Assembly (NCBI GenBank): GCA_020137815.1
Contig: CM035358.1
Location: forward strand, 4,092,001-4,156,000
Reading direction: 5' to 3'
Length of the DNA stretch: 64,000 bases
Source: Hormiphora californensis
Taxonomy: Eukaryota; Animalia; Ctenophora
Below are positions 43,457 through 57,200 of the stretch, one piece after another (positions within the stretch are counted from its first letter, which is position 1; the number at the start of each line of letters is the position of its first letter). Below the pieces are notes generated by a model, which saw only the letters and a program-made list of their open reading frames with translations, made no database searches and was not told the DNA's origin. Made by a program: the position numbers and the translations under genes.

Positions 43457-45731
43457 TCTCTCTCTCCCTCCCTCTTCCCACTCTCTCTCTCTCTCTCTCT
43501 GCGTAATGCTTTCCTGATCACTGTTTATTGGCTCAGCACCTGCTCGGAGGATAATCACCGAACAATCACTTCCTTCCCAAAACTCAAAACTTAAATTTAA
43601 TACTAGAACTAACTCAATCGTTGTCTAATGACCACTTTTAAAATGGCCTCTTCTACCGCCAAGCTGACTACTGACTAGGTATCTGATCCTTCATAGATTC
43701 GGCTCTAACTGGGATACTATAACCGCCAAAAGTCTAAGAGACTTTGAGCTTAAACCATATTACATAAAACAATGTACAAAACTAGATAGAAAAGTGCCGC
43801 CACATCATATAGTGGACAAATGACAGGTATACAGTAATAAATACAGTGTAGCCTGTCATTCTAGTAGTACTAGATCTGGAAACAATTATCCAGATCTGAA
43901 GACTGCACTTTTCAGCTGAAATGCTAGAGACTGCACTGTACTATTTTGCTAGTAAAGGACTCATTGAATAGTTAATAAAGCACAGTGCAAGAAGGACCGG
44001 TACTAGATTCCAGGATATTAAGAACATACATAAATAGCTCGCTAAATGAAGCTAGTTTCGAGAGCCCATCTACTTCCATGGAAACTATGATGATCATTAT
44101 GCGGCCAGGTTCACAAACGTGCCGTATTTAGTAAACTGTCATTACAAGGTGTTTATGTGCTGATTATCATGATGAAGGTGTGGGAAATGAGAATATTTAA
44201 TATAGTTATCACAGTGTCACACACATATAACAACCTAGACACTATGACCTGACCGAGGTTGTAACACTGTTCTGCAGAATTAGCAGCAGCTTGTAATAGC
44301 TAATCAAGTATTATCATTATACACTATTATACGCATATAGGAACTCACCCCTGCTTGACAGGAGAATCTTCAAAGTAAGGTTCAGTATAGTATTCTGCGT
44401 CAGAGTCAGAGTACGCCCTAGCCCTTCCTCTATGATGGTGATTGTGATGATGTTTCTCTGCTGCAGCCTCATTGACCTAGTAAAGGAGTCGGTCATGACA
44501 TCTCTTAGAATTTGTATAGAAACCTAGTAAAGGAGTCAGTCATGACATATCTCTCAGAACCTCTTTCAATCCCATTCAACATTTAAATAGGGTTTGAAAG
44601 AGACCTTTTCACCAAATGCGGGAACCGCTAGTTTAGGTCATAGATTTGCCGAAAAGGTTTCTGTGAGCCCTATGTCTAAATCTCACTCACCATTATTTGT
44701 TCGCTCATCATTGAAATCTGGGCAAGGTCTGATCCCTGGGAGGGGTCCTGGACCACCACGGGAGAGGGACGGAGTTCAGGGGATCCGTGGTTACCATGGT
44801 TACCATGGTTGTGTTGCGGAGGTTCACTGTCCGATTGAGTGGCGGGTACTAGTGGTGGTGGTGGTGGAGGGGGTCCGTTGTCGTGCGATCCTCTTCCTCG
44901 GTCACGTCGTGATTGTTCCGGGTCCGGTGTCTTACTCCGGCGGCTAGAGTGCTGGTCTGGTGTCCTGTTAGAGAGAAGTTTAAGCGAAAATTGGCGAGTT
45001 TTGATAAGACTTGGCCGTAAATGCGCCCAATTTCACCAAAAATCGACAAATTGATCAATCAATTAACTAACCGGCCACGAGGAGCTCTGTCCTGAGAACG
45101 GTCCCGTGGTTCGGGGGTTCTCTTTCTCCCGTCTTGGCGGTGTCTATCCGGTGTTCTCGATCTTCCTCCGCTATTTCGGTAGACCTCCTTCTCTGGACTT
45201 GATTTGGGTGTCGTAATGCTGTCCCCGACAGATGAAGATCTCTGAAATTCAATAACAGTAATAATTTAATACTAATGACTTAAGCAATACAGCGTCATAA
45301 TTGCATGCAATACAATTGTATTGGTAGATAAATCGAAAGAATCGTCTGGAGGCCGGGCCCCTCTTTGCAACGCGTTGTGGCCTGGGGTTACTCACTCGAG
45401 GAGACTGTACTGTAAAGTAGCATACACCAAAGTAGCATACACCAAAGATAGCATATACCAAAGATAAAAACCAAAGATAAAAACGCATCAAAATGCAGTT
45501 TCAAAAGCTACCTACCGGTACCTGCTGAACAGCTCTAGCTGGAATAAGAAGACTATCACCACCACTTTGGTCGGGAATCAGGGCCTGCCCCGGTCTCTGG
45601 ACCTCCTGATTCTGGAAACTCTGCGATCTCGTGTTGGAAGGAGGCCTCCGGGTCGGGGGTGTCAAATCAGGAGGTGGGGCCATCTCATAATCGTTGAGAT
45701 AATGAGCTCCAGAGTGTTGCATAATAGACAC
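35836..45731 (-). CDS. DEG/ENaC (ASIC-like) channel; core exons 40928-35836; long Pro-rich N-terminal exons up to about 45731 (5' structure uncertain)
   Basis: RKLVW + TM1, RFPAITICNMN, THGLCWTFN, GMDFGLSFSLNI, GMALAPG, LESPYGNC, Cys-rich thumb (CERMC..CDC, ECT..C, CQCQDAC), ENMLKVHIYF and GDVGGQLGLFLGANIVTIFEF. One 1-nt homopolymer frameshift near 36282. Confidence 0.92.
37816..39069 (+). CDS. Intronless multi-pass membrane protein, divergent MFS/SLC22-like transporter, nested antisense in an ENaC intron
   Basis: 417-aa ORF with good Kozak context (ACCGCCATGG), about 11-12 hydrophobic segments, and PGSPEYYL resembling the PESPRWL motif after TM6. Confidence 0.75.
   Translation: MVRVRDIMAHFDILHPYHLGYLLLFAYLSIPVHLAHKITLSTALQLGFTVWSTAILVLCVTAAALWGPADSICRKTLAMELCALSGALFTGGLFVRWMSGVFVLGAMVTVVMVWMETALLVWGSEITIYKNILITLRAVHILVLDLLLHMFDVQVGSDKGFIALAFIISLALSFCLTFIPGSPEYYLGQKDIPRAKREMGRLCVMHDLAYGASNAITPEKNQKVELRDLDQILMLLMVSGSLMCHPASLTSLLLPSHELLTLSLVLILFVLLNCIALNLIRSKSMLVFWTTIHLTMVVNLIILQCWPEDDGDVMATESFQRFYVTVKVLGVLVRTLLTQVILYITVKRCPVSVKHRVISMVIGMLVFGCSVHEILGGESLFVLGNCALLGIVALPKLMGVSNIDTQRYFDAYLRYVQ
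40564..40641. repeat. 13-bp tandem repeat (AAGATGAGATAAG)
   Basis: Direct inspection. Confidence 0.9.
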
Positions 45732-48222
45732 AAAGCTTTGTTTTACACAATTTCAGTTGTTGACAGGTCCGGTCTAAGTTGGTAATTAAAGTAAGCAAGG
45801 GGAGGAGCTCTTTGCTGAAAGATGGACACTGAAGAAAAGATCTCACCTTTCTCTCTCGCTCAAGTCGAACTACAGCTAGCAGCACTCGCAGTGGAATCAG
45901 CTATGGTGAGAGAAAAAGAGAGAGAAAAAGAGAGAGAACGAGAGAGAACGAGAGAGAATGAGAGAGAAAGAGTGAGACATAGAGGCAAAGAGAGAGAGAA
46001 CGAGGGAGTGAAAGAGAGAGTATGAGCTAGCTAGTCAAGTGATCCTTCTCTCGCGGAATGGTAAACTAAACGACAATCAAGGACTGTCATGTGACTGTCA
46101 CGTGATCAATCCACAGTACAATGATAAATGCCACGTGACCTGTTTGCCCACATACCCACACAGCTACTACTACTGCACGTAGTACCACCAATACGTAGTG
46201 ATTATTCCACTCAAATCCTTACCTCTCTGTCTCTCTCTCTTTCTCTGCTGCTGCACGGGAAATTGATTAGCACACATAAACTGGGAGGGAGATCAGGGGT
46301 GCGGAGCTGATCAGTGAGACGTCAATGTGTATGACGTAGAGGATCAATGACGTCACTCACTGAGGGTACACATAATAACATATTGTCACGTGACCTCTTT
46401 TACTTTGAAGGATAATTACCCGTATTTATAGTCCAATTACAATTGGGGAGTATAACTCTCAAGGAAGTATGTAATCTTATTGCCCAAGTAATCTTAGAGC
46501 TATTCGGCATATGGTGGCGATGGTCTCGGCCATAATATTATCTATGCACATCATGAATAAAACAATTAGATTGTAGCGAAATGTAATAGAATAAGAATTA
46601 CAATTTGTAATAATAAAACATGGTGTAATAAAAGATCTTTTTAGAGAAACCCAGAAAAGCAAAATGTCACTGATATATCTGATCAAATTTATAAAGATAA
46701 AACACTGTCTGGTCTTTTGAGTCCTTTGAGGTTTTAATACTTTGACCCCTGGCCGATTCGATACATGATTTTAAAGAGTGGTATATCCAGTTCTTTTTCA
46801 TCCTTTGGATTGGCTGGTCAACTTTAGTTTTGTAAAGATATGTCTACCAAGATTTGGGGTCCGATTTCGTCCTGATGTGGAAAAAATGTGTTAAATAAAA
46901 TAATGTCATGTCGAGCAATGTATTAGTATAGATCATTCGAAGATTGCAGAGTGGTACTATCCAATAGTATATGAATAACTGGGATTATATAGTAACTTCA
47001 GAGCTTACCGTTTTGTTTCTCAGAGAGAGATGCGTGCAGTTTTAATCAGCTAGTAGAGAGAAAATGGGATAATACATTTCACAGCGGTAGAGACATAGAT
47101 CGTTGCAATGCAAGGTAATTAACAAATAGTTTCGATTAAAAAATTTAAATAATTATTATTAGATCGTTGAATAATTTAAAAACCAAACAGTTCAGTCTCA
47201 TAAATTATTGTTTTTCATTCCATATAGATCATGTGGGAAAGTTGCTGTTTCGTTGATTGCTGTATATCTCATCAGGAGTTTGGTTTTGATCCTATAAGGG
47301 ATTTTGGGATTCAGGGAATTATTATTTGCTTCAAGATATGCTCTATACAGATTGCGAGTTAGCCAGTTCCAGTAAGGATGATTGGTAGCTGCAATCATGC
47401 ACCAATAATTGCCAGGTATAATTGAATCATTTTGAAAACACATTTCATTTGACCAGCTTTTAATTTTATGGGTTCATAATATATAAAAAGGTGCTCATAA
47501 ATTAGAAAAAAAATAAACGAACACATTATGAAGAACCGCGGAAATGATCAGATTTGCGCCGTTTGGCCAATCACAGATGAAGAATGTGTTGAAGCTGTGA
47601 TTGGTTAAAACAGGCCTCACCGACCTGAACATTCTCGAGGTTGCTCAATGCTCATCACATGTGCCAAAATGCCTCAACTACAAAAATAATTAGATAATCG
47701 ACATATAGCGTTCAGCTTCTGCTCTTGCAAGAATACAGTCATTGTGCGTTCGGTTCGGTAGAATTATATGACTGAGTGAAGAGGTATCAGCATGATACAT
47801 ATTTGAAAACTATATGGCGGTGCACGGAGTGACTTTAGAAACAGACCTTCAGACAGTGAGTAAAAATACGTGAGATGAGGCGAGAATAAGCGAAGAGAGG
47901 CAAAGCACACCATCATGATCAAGGCTCAATTATGATGAAAAGTGCTGTAGGAGATTGAAAAAAGGTTGAATTTTTAAAGGAAAATTAAGCAAGATCGGTG
48001 GTTCTATGAGATTAACGCCCTCAAACCCCACTCATTCCAGGTACGAACCTATTCCCCTAATTTTGCAATATCTTATCAACAAAGAGGGTCGGAATGTTCC
48101 TGATAAAGCATTCAATGAAATAGAGAGTTTTCTACAGCTGGTTATTGTTAGAGAGTTGTCTATAACAGCTGCTAATTATGCAGTATACAGCGATATGATA
48201 CGAATAAAGAGTGCTTTGCAGA

Positions 48223-51200
48223 TTATGAGCCTAGCGAGAATGTTGTAGTACTGTTGTCAAAGGTGAGTCGAGAGGAGAGGGTCTTGGGGTAGGATCCTAC
48301 TTTAGAAATCCGTCTCTCTATCGCTCTTGCCCGAGTCAACAGGAATCCCCAGAATACGGCAGTTGCCAGCAACAATATTCCCTGAAATTGAATCAGGAGT
48401 GACTCAAGATTACTTTTATAGTGAGTCTGTAGCAGACGATTACCATATAATCATTTGCATGATTATAACAGAGGCTTCCAGAACGTTTCTACGTCTTTGT
48501 GCAACATGGATGAGACCAAGCTGTTAAGCTTACCTCTAAAACCAGGTACCGTACCCATACCCTACCCCAAAGTCCTGATACACGTCCAATACCAAGATCA
48601 ACAGCTGTATCCACTGACGGAGATTCACAGTTTTCAATACCAAACGATCGCCTGTAGTTTAACGAAGTATTCTTTGAAAGAGACGCAACTTTCTTGAAAC
48701 AGAGACAAACAGTCGGCTGTGGTACTTGGTAGTTTTCAACGTTCCTTCTAGTTCCGTTTATTGACAGAGTAGCGTTTAGGTAACCTGAACAAGGCCGTAA
48801 GAGGGTTACGAAGTTACCCCTTGCCAGCGCGCGCGAAGGTCGCCCGGCGACCTGAGTGTGAGGTGTCTTCGATACCAAGTCGTAAGAGGGTTAATCAACA
48901 ATTAAATATCAGCAGGTTATATATCATCCAAAGTTTCAAAACGTTGGAGATATAATTTGGCATATGCTACAGGCCCCGATGCATTAAATTGACTGTAATA
49001 ACTTGTATGGTTTAAGTCTGAACTGATAATACTATACTTTTTGTATACCGCCCAGAAGCAAAACAGGGCCAGTTTGACTGACACTGTTTAGCGTGTGTTT
49101 TGATGTTTTGAGGATCAAACGACACTGTTTAGCGTCAGAGCGGAATTACTATAAAACTTCTTCTTTTTTTTCTTTTTTTGGGATAAAACTGAACTTTCCT
49201 TACCGCATGAGGGTAAATTGCAGCTGGTAGGAGTACCCTTTACTAAACACCACGGCTCCGTTGAACCTGAGCTGGGCCAGTTTCTACAGACACCCTCCTC
49301 GCCATTTTGCTCCCCAAGAATCTGTGATAATGTTTTTAGAGTTTAATTTAGGGTTTAATTTAGAGAATACTTTTTAATTTTATCAAGCGTGTTTTTTTAA
49401 AAAAGGGGATTTGTTTACGTACTTCGTATAGAATAGAATAGAATAGAATAAAAACCGTATAAATACCTTAGTTTGGTGTACAGTACTGGTAAGGTTGTAT
49501 TCCTTTAGTGATCTCAGAGTCCACATATCACACTTGAAAGTGTTCACTGTTCCTTCATAGAAATACCCGCGACCAGTGTAACAATCCTGATTTGGTTGCC
49601 CCGCTGAAATGTCGCGAGTTTATCTAAATGCTCTATAGAGCATATATGTGTTGATCTTTTTTGCTGAAACCCGCGGGGCGGTTAGGGTCGAACAAGGCAA
49701 GTTAATCTGCAGATTTTGTCATGATTTTAATGTGTAATTTTGAATGAATTGTACTTACTGCAAGACCGTACTGGACAGGCTTCAGTTCTTTCCCCATCTG
49801 TAAAACACCACGGTCCCTCCTTTTCTCCGTTTGGATTTCTGCACTGGTTATGATTCATACCATACTCCTTCGGCCATGAAACACAGGGTTTCCCAGACGT
49901 GGTCTTGTTCACCGACCCCTGATAACTCTCCCCGTTCCCTTGGAAACACACTGAAACATAAATGACATTATTATTTCTGGTAGAATTCATTATTCTAGGA
50001 TACTATACGCATGGAGTATCAAAACAGCATCACTTGTAAAATCTGTCTGGGATGTGTCTGTTTTTTCCCTTCAGGATACGGACTTATCCTTCCCTTCGCA
50101 CTTCATTTTGAAGATTCTAAGCCAAGATACGGACCTGGTTCAAATATAGCGAGTAAGAAGGTTGCATTGGTGGTATGAGATACCCTGGTGGATGCAACAA
50201 CAGGATGGTAAAGTTGGGAACTGGTAAAAGGGCACTCTCCACTTCGGAGGGTTTCCACGGTTACCGATGCTGGTTCACCTGGCAACGGGGAAAGTTTAAC
50301 AACGAGAAACTTTGGATTCGGCTAAACAAAATTCAAAATAATGGAGTTACCCGTGACTAGAAAAAGCATCATAAAGAAAAAGCATCTTTCTTACTTTCTC
50401 CGAAAGTGTCGCTGTAACTGCTCAATGAAAATGAATATCGTGTTCCACTCCTAAGATCTGATACCACTCTCATCGACTGTCCGTAGGGTATGGTTCTCAT
50501 TTGCAATGCCTGGCGCCGTTTCCTTTTCTCATCGTCCTGGTAACGGTTGTGAACATTTTTTTTATATCCATACCAATAGTCGGCGAAAAAAGTTGTACTG
50601 AGACCTGCCCCAAAATCGTAAAATTATCTTTGAGCTTTACCGGTGTTATGACAAGCTGATATCCCTGAATTAGGCCCACTTACCGGCGTGATGACAAGCT
50701 GATATCCCCGAATGCATATAGGTGTCCGCGAACGCACATAGGTGTCCGCTCCGCCCCCTAAAAAAGGGTCGAGTCTTTCAAGCCAAATTGCACGTGATCC
50801 ACTGGACCGATTTGCATCCGGTTTGTTGCAAAAGACTACAAATTGGTCCTAGTTTACTGGAAAATACCCGAGAAGTTTGTCTGTCAACAGGAAGTGGGTC
50901 AAAATTGACACTGAAGTCAAATCTATAATCTGGCTTCCGAGCCTTTTTGCACCACTCCCAGACGGTGTAGAATGAATCTGAGGGTATCAAAAGATAGGTT
51001 GAACTCTTGTGAGTACTGGAAAATACCCGGCATTAATAGCTGATGCTAATTGCATCAAAATATCTCCCAATATCTTCTAAATCGCATGGGTGTAGTGCAG
51101 AAACTCTCGGAAGCCAGATTATAGGTTTGACTTCAGTGTCAATTTTGACCCACTTCCTGTTGACAGACAAACTTCTCGGGTATTTTCCAGTATATTAGGA

Positions 51201-54200
51201 TCATTTGTAGTCTTTTGCGACAAACCGGATGCAAATCGGTCCAATGGATCGCGTGCAACATCCCTTGAAAGAAACGACCCTTTTTGAGGCGGAGCAGACA
51301 CCTGTGTGTGAGCTCAATCTTGGTCGCGCACGGTGTCTATGTCACCAACTTACCGGCGTGATGACAAGCTGATATCCCCGAATGAGGCCCACTTACCGGC
51401 GTGATGACAAGCTGATATCCTTGAATGAGGCCAGCAATAGAAACTATCGGAGGTTCCCAGGTTAAGAGAACTGAAGATTTCTCCCCATCGCTCTCCAGCT
51501 GAAACAGTTAACAAAACATAGAAAAAATCAACGGAAATATAACAACGATCAGGAATTGAATTCATGAATTCTACATCGGGTTGCTATAGTAATTGAGTTG
51601 CTATAACAACGAATTTTGCTCACAGGTGTTCCTTCTAGGTTGGATGGTGGATCCAGCGTTTCTGGTGCAGTGAGGAGTTTTACAAGAGAGCTCACCGGGC
51701 CGTATACTGCCTCCCCCTCCGTCGTCCTATTGACTCCTAGAATTAAAATATTTAAAAAATTAGCTACCATTTTAGAGATTTCTATTTTCCACACACTGGT
51801 GATGTTTATACCTCGGATCAACATGCCGTATTCGGTCTCCGCCTCGAGTCCCTCAAACTGAATCTCATTCGTTTCCATAGTAACCACATTCCTAACAACT
51901 GCTGCTTCACCGTCCAATAACCGGACATCATACTCCTTCGTCGTAGACTGAGGTTGAATACCAAAGTCCACTATCAGCCTGTCAGAGGTGACCGTCCTAT
52001 CGGGACTTGTCCGAATCCTGCACAGTTAACGATTTTAAAGGTACATAATCGATTAAACAGTTAAGCTTTTTTTAGACCAGAATGTAAATTTGCTGATATC
52101 AAAATGACATTGGTAAATTCATTCTTATCTCTCACTATAATATCTACCTACCATGTGGGCGAGAAGCGTGGTGTACCAGGCTTGATGGCAACTAATTCCG
52201 ATAAAGGTGAAAGGTCAGATGAACCGTATTGGTTTCTTCCATTGAACCCACACTCAAACTCAATGTCCTTAACTGTGAAATTCGGGGGAATGAAAATATG
52301 CAAACAATTATCGATATTCTCTCTAAAATACGCAACAAGATTAATACGTGAAAATTTTCAACGCGGTCTAAGAATTCCACGCGTAGTGGGTACCTAGGAT
52401 CAGCTGAGATTGATTTGCTCAAACCCTTGTGAGGCAGCATATTTGCAAACCTGAGCTAAAAGTGCTGATATTAAAAGTTCCAGTTAGGACATTGTTTTGG
52501 GCAACGGACCAGTTTCTCAGGAGATTCGGGTAGTTCACTCCGTTAATTCTTGCTACTCCATCAAAACTGTTGATTGTACATGGTTAGTAATTAAGATTAA
52601 AAACTGCTTCTAAAGTGGGGTTTGAGAGAGTCGAGATACATATTTTGAGTTGATTGATTGAAAGCTATAAAGATTCCGCTATCGCCTATCACAATTCCCT
52701 CCAAAAAGAATTTACCTCACATTATCCCCCATGTAGTTATAAGAAGTTGGTAGGTCTGCACGTGCGATCACCTCCTCTCCATGTTTTATCTCCGTAACGT
52801 GCACTCTTTTTGGGCTCTCCGGAGGAGTCTTTGGTATCATGGTGAGGTTATAGGAAAGTTGGTAGCCATTCCCCACTGTACACTTGTAGAAACCCGCTAT
52901 TACTGCTGACTGAAAGGTGTTTTAGATGGTAAGCGGACTCTAGTGCTAAAATCACGAAAAGCGAACTCGAGATTTCGGCCGTTAGGCCGGAAACGAGAGT
53001 TTGCTGTGCCTCTATACTCGTTTAGAAGTGTTATGGCTGTTATTTGGGTTCGAGGTTAGGGGTTAGTGTAAAGGTTAGGGTTTGATATATAGTCCTCCTT
53101 GGGTTTAGATATAGAGTCCGTTAGCACTAGAGTCCGCCTACCGTTTTAGATGTGATAGTAGTGGAGAAACTGGCACGCAGACGGTCAGAGGATAAACTTT
53201 TGGGACAGTCAGTCAGAAAAACTTTCATGGATCGGTAATCCGATAACATTGCACTTGTCATGATACGATTTTGGGTCTTCTTTGGATCTGGAAAAAGATC
53301 TACTCCATGAGCAATTTCAAAATAATCCATGTCCTCGATGATACTATCATTGATAGGTCTGACAATATATGTTTGTTGAGGGTCTCACTCAAAGAAAATA
53401 TATTCCTGTCTCCAATAGTTGGATCACTGTAGTCTTTTTGCTTTTATACCCAGTCAAGCTTTTTATTTTTTATAGGTCTACTACTACTACTCAACGATTT
53501 TTTCTAGTTCTATTTATAGGGTTCGATCCATTACATGGTACAGTTTTGGGTCTTTGCAGTTTTTATTCTAGAAATTTTCCTTTTATGCTCAGCCTAGCCT
53601 TATTCAATATTCATATTATGAATTATAAATAACAGTTTTAACTTTAAGATTGTTACTAGGATTTTACTATGAATCTCCGATGGTACGCTATCGTATTTTT
53701 TACCATTACAACCCTGTTTGGACTATCCGGAAACACTCTTGTGATTTACTCCTCGGTACGATACAACGCAATCAACTTGGACGAAGTCTCCGTTATGTTT
53801 GTCCGGAACTTGGCAGTGGCAGATTTGATCTATACAATTGTGGGTATCCTACCACCCTGCATCTCCTCAATAACGGACTCAAACCCTTTTGGTATGGAGG
53901 TTTGTGAGGCGTTCTATTTTTGCAAACATATTTTCGGGATGATAAGCCTGTGGACTATAACATCCATCACCATCCACAGAATGATCCTGATTCTAGCACC
54001 ATTCAGAAGCATTATCACGCCTCGTTTGGCACTGGGGTTACTCGGCATCCTGTGGTTTCTATCCAGCGGGCTGATATCAACTCTGGTGATCGTTGGACCA
54101 AGATCTAACCTTGTCTTTGAACCCATTGAACGAGATTGCCGGAAAAAATTCAAGAAAGATTCGCAGCAAGGTACGGCTGAATTATGCATCATTGTTTTTG

Positions 54201-57200
54201 TGGTGTTCATCCCCCTCATCACAACCTCTGTTTGCAATGCATTCCTGCTCGGTGTGGCCGTCCAGAAACGGCTAACACCTCAATCTGGGTTCAACTACAA
54301 AGCTTTGACCACGGTAGTCACCCTGACGTCAGTGTTCCTGGCTAGTTGGTCACTCTACCTCGTCTGCACTATCCGGAACTTGGTCAGCGGGATAATGGAG
54401 TCGGCTGAGTATGCGCTAGCAGAGAGCTCCCTGATCTGTCTTGGAGTTGTGGCTAATCCCATCCTATATACCATGACAAACAGGAGGTTCTATCTTTACG
54501 TTAGGTCTTTGGTGTACAAAAGGGTAGAAGAGTCTGAGGAGAGGAGTCGTCTTATTAGCCATAGCTAGACGTGGGTTGTTTTCAGGACACTCCACCATGT
54601 ATTTAGATCGTCCGGTAATTCGAGGACTATAACAATTCCGACTATATTTAGATAATTAATCTGAGACTTTAGTTAAAACAAATTCTGAGACTGTTTAATG
54701 AAAAACTGCTTAAAAATCACTTTTAAGTCGTATAACAATTCAACAGAACATGAAAAGCTGTCTGAACACCGATAAGTCAGAGAATTTGTTATGTTGTAGT
54801 AACTACAACATAACAAATTCTCTGACTACAATGTAGTTGAATCGCCTGACACTGTGTTCGTGCTCTCACTGCTCCCGCAATGTTGTGATTACTTGTTAAT
54901 TGATTATGTTATGTTGTATAGAGATTTTTTGTTAATTGATCATGTCTTGTTAATTGATCATGTCTATTTCTGTGTTTACTAGTCTACAGGAGTCAAATTA
55001 AAGTCATTTTCAGTTTGGTAGCCCGACAAACTAAGAGCTAAAACTCTGCAATAATAAACTCACTTGCCTATAGCTCGACCCCCTTTTCGCGAGCTCCGCT
55101 CTCATAAAAGAGGGTTAGAACATATCAAAAACTTACCGATGGTTCAACTAGAATCGTTGCATCTGTGTCTTTGTTGTCAGGATTCTCATATCGAATGTGG
55201 TAACTAAGCTCGTTACCATCCCGCAGGTCCAGCTTCACATCATTCAACGTCCAGTACGCCTCAACCCGGGCCAGGTCACTCGTACCAACTGCCTTACACA
55301 ATAGCCGCAACTTGGAAAACTGAAAAATGTCACGTGTGAAATGGGTCAACTGCAATCCCTGTTGTTGCCTATAACTTGTATAAGGGGGAAACAGTCGTTA
55401 CTGGACCACAGTGCTTACACTGTTCTTTTTGTCCACGTACCTTGTTATGTTCTAACCCTAACCCTAACATTTGTTTCGTGAGCGGGGCGGGCGAAACACA
55501 GTCTAGCTAGGCAACATATACCTACTTACATCATGATCTGGTCGGAAACACAGTCTAGCTAGGCAACATATACCTACTTACATCATGATCTGGTCGGAAA
55601 CACAGTCTAGCTAGGCAACATATACCTACTTACATCATGATCTGGTCGGAAACACAGTCTAGCTAGGCAACATGTACCTACTTACATCATGATCTGGTCG
55701 GAAACACAGTCTAGCTAGGCAACATATACCTACTTACATGATCTGGTCGGAAACACAGTCTAGCTAGGCAACATACACCTACTTACATGATCTGGTCGGA
55801 AACACAGTCTAGCTAGGCAACATATACCTACTTACATCATGATCTGGTCGGAAACACAGTCTAGCTAGGCAACATGTACCTACTTACATCATGATCTGGT
55901 CGGAAACACAGTCTAGCTAGGCAACATATACCTACTTACATCATGATCTGGTCGGAAACGCAGTCTAGCTAGGCAACATGTACCTACTTACATCATGATC
56001 TGGTCGGAAACACAGTCTATAGCTAGGCAACATATACCTACTTACATCATGATCTGGTCGGAAACACAGTCTATAGCTAGGCAACATACACCTACTTACA
56101 TCATGATCTGGTCGGAAACACAGTCTATAGCTAGGCAACATACACCTACTTACATCATGATCTGGTCGGAAACACAGTCTATAGCTAGGCAACATACACC
56201 TACTTACATCATGATCTGGTCGGAAACACAGTCTATAGCTAGGCAACATACACCTACTTACATCATGATCTGGTCGGAAACACAGTCTATAGCTAGGCAA
56301 CATACACCTACTTACATCATGATCTGGTCGGAAACACAGTCTATAGCTAGGCAACATACACCTACTTACATCATGATCTGGTCGGAAACACAGTCTATAG
56401 CTAGGCAACATACACCTACTTACATCATGATCTGGTCGGAAACACAGTCTATAGCTAGGCAACATACACCTACTTACATCATGATCTGGTCGGAAACACA
56501 GTCTATAGCTAGGCAACATACACCTACTTACATCATGATCTGGTCGGAAACACAGTCTATAGCTAGGCAACATATACCTACTTACATCATGATCTGGTCG
56601 GAAACACAGTCTATAGCTAGGCAACATATACCTACTTACATCGAGATCTGGTCTGATTGGAGATGACGTTGTGAAGTTGGATCTGACCGGATCTGTCTTC
56701 CCCTCATCACCAGGGTCCATCTTCTCCAGTTGGTGCATTATTCTGTCAGTAGTGGGGACCACGCCAGAAAACAGAATGTTTCGTTTTACCAATGTGAAGG
56801 GAGTTGTAACATTGGTGGTTACTGTTACCCTATAGCTCGCATCAATCTGTAACACATTATCGATTAGAACCTATAATAAATGATGACCCTTCTGCAGTGT
56901 TACCAGTGTACAGGATGGATTTATTTGTGAACAAACGGTCTGATAAGTAACTGCAGTTCTAATTCGCTATAAAAAATAAAACTGTAACAAGTGAATTCTA
57001 CCTTCTCAGACGATGCGAACTTGTGGATAATCCAGGATGTAGAATTTGATAGTCGCTCTGTGATTATCGCAGGTTTTCTGTTGCTTAGTTTTACACCCAT
57101 GTAGGTGTGCTGGTCACCTGAAAAGCATCGTTTTAACAGAATCCTTTTATCGTTTAAACAATTAACGGTATTAATTTATATCCTTTATTCGCTGGTGTAA

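Noticed and set aside
53669-54568. Opsin
   Set aside because: The position six residues before the N of NPxxY (the retinal-binding Lys equivalent) is Cys, not Lys.
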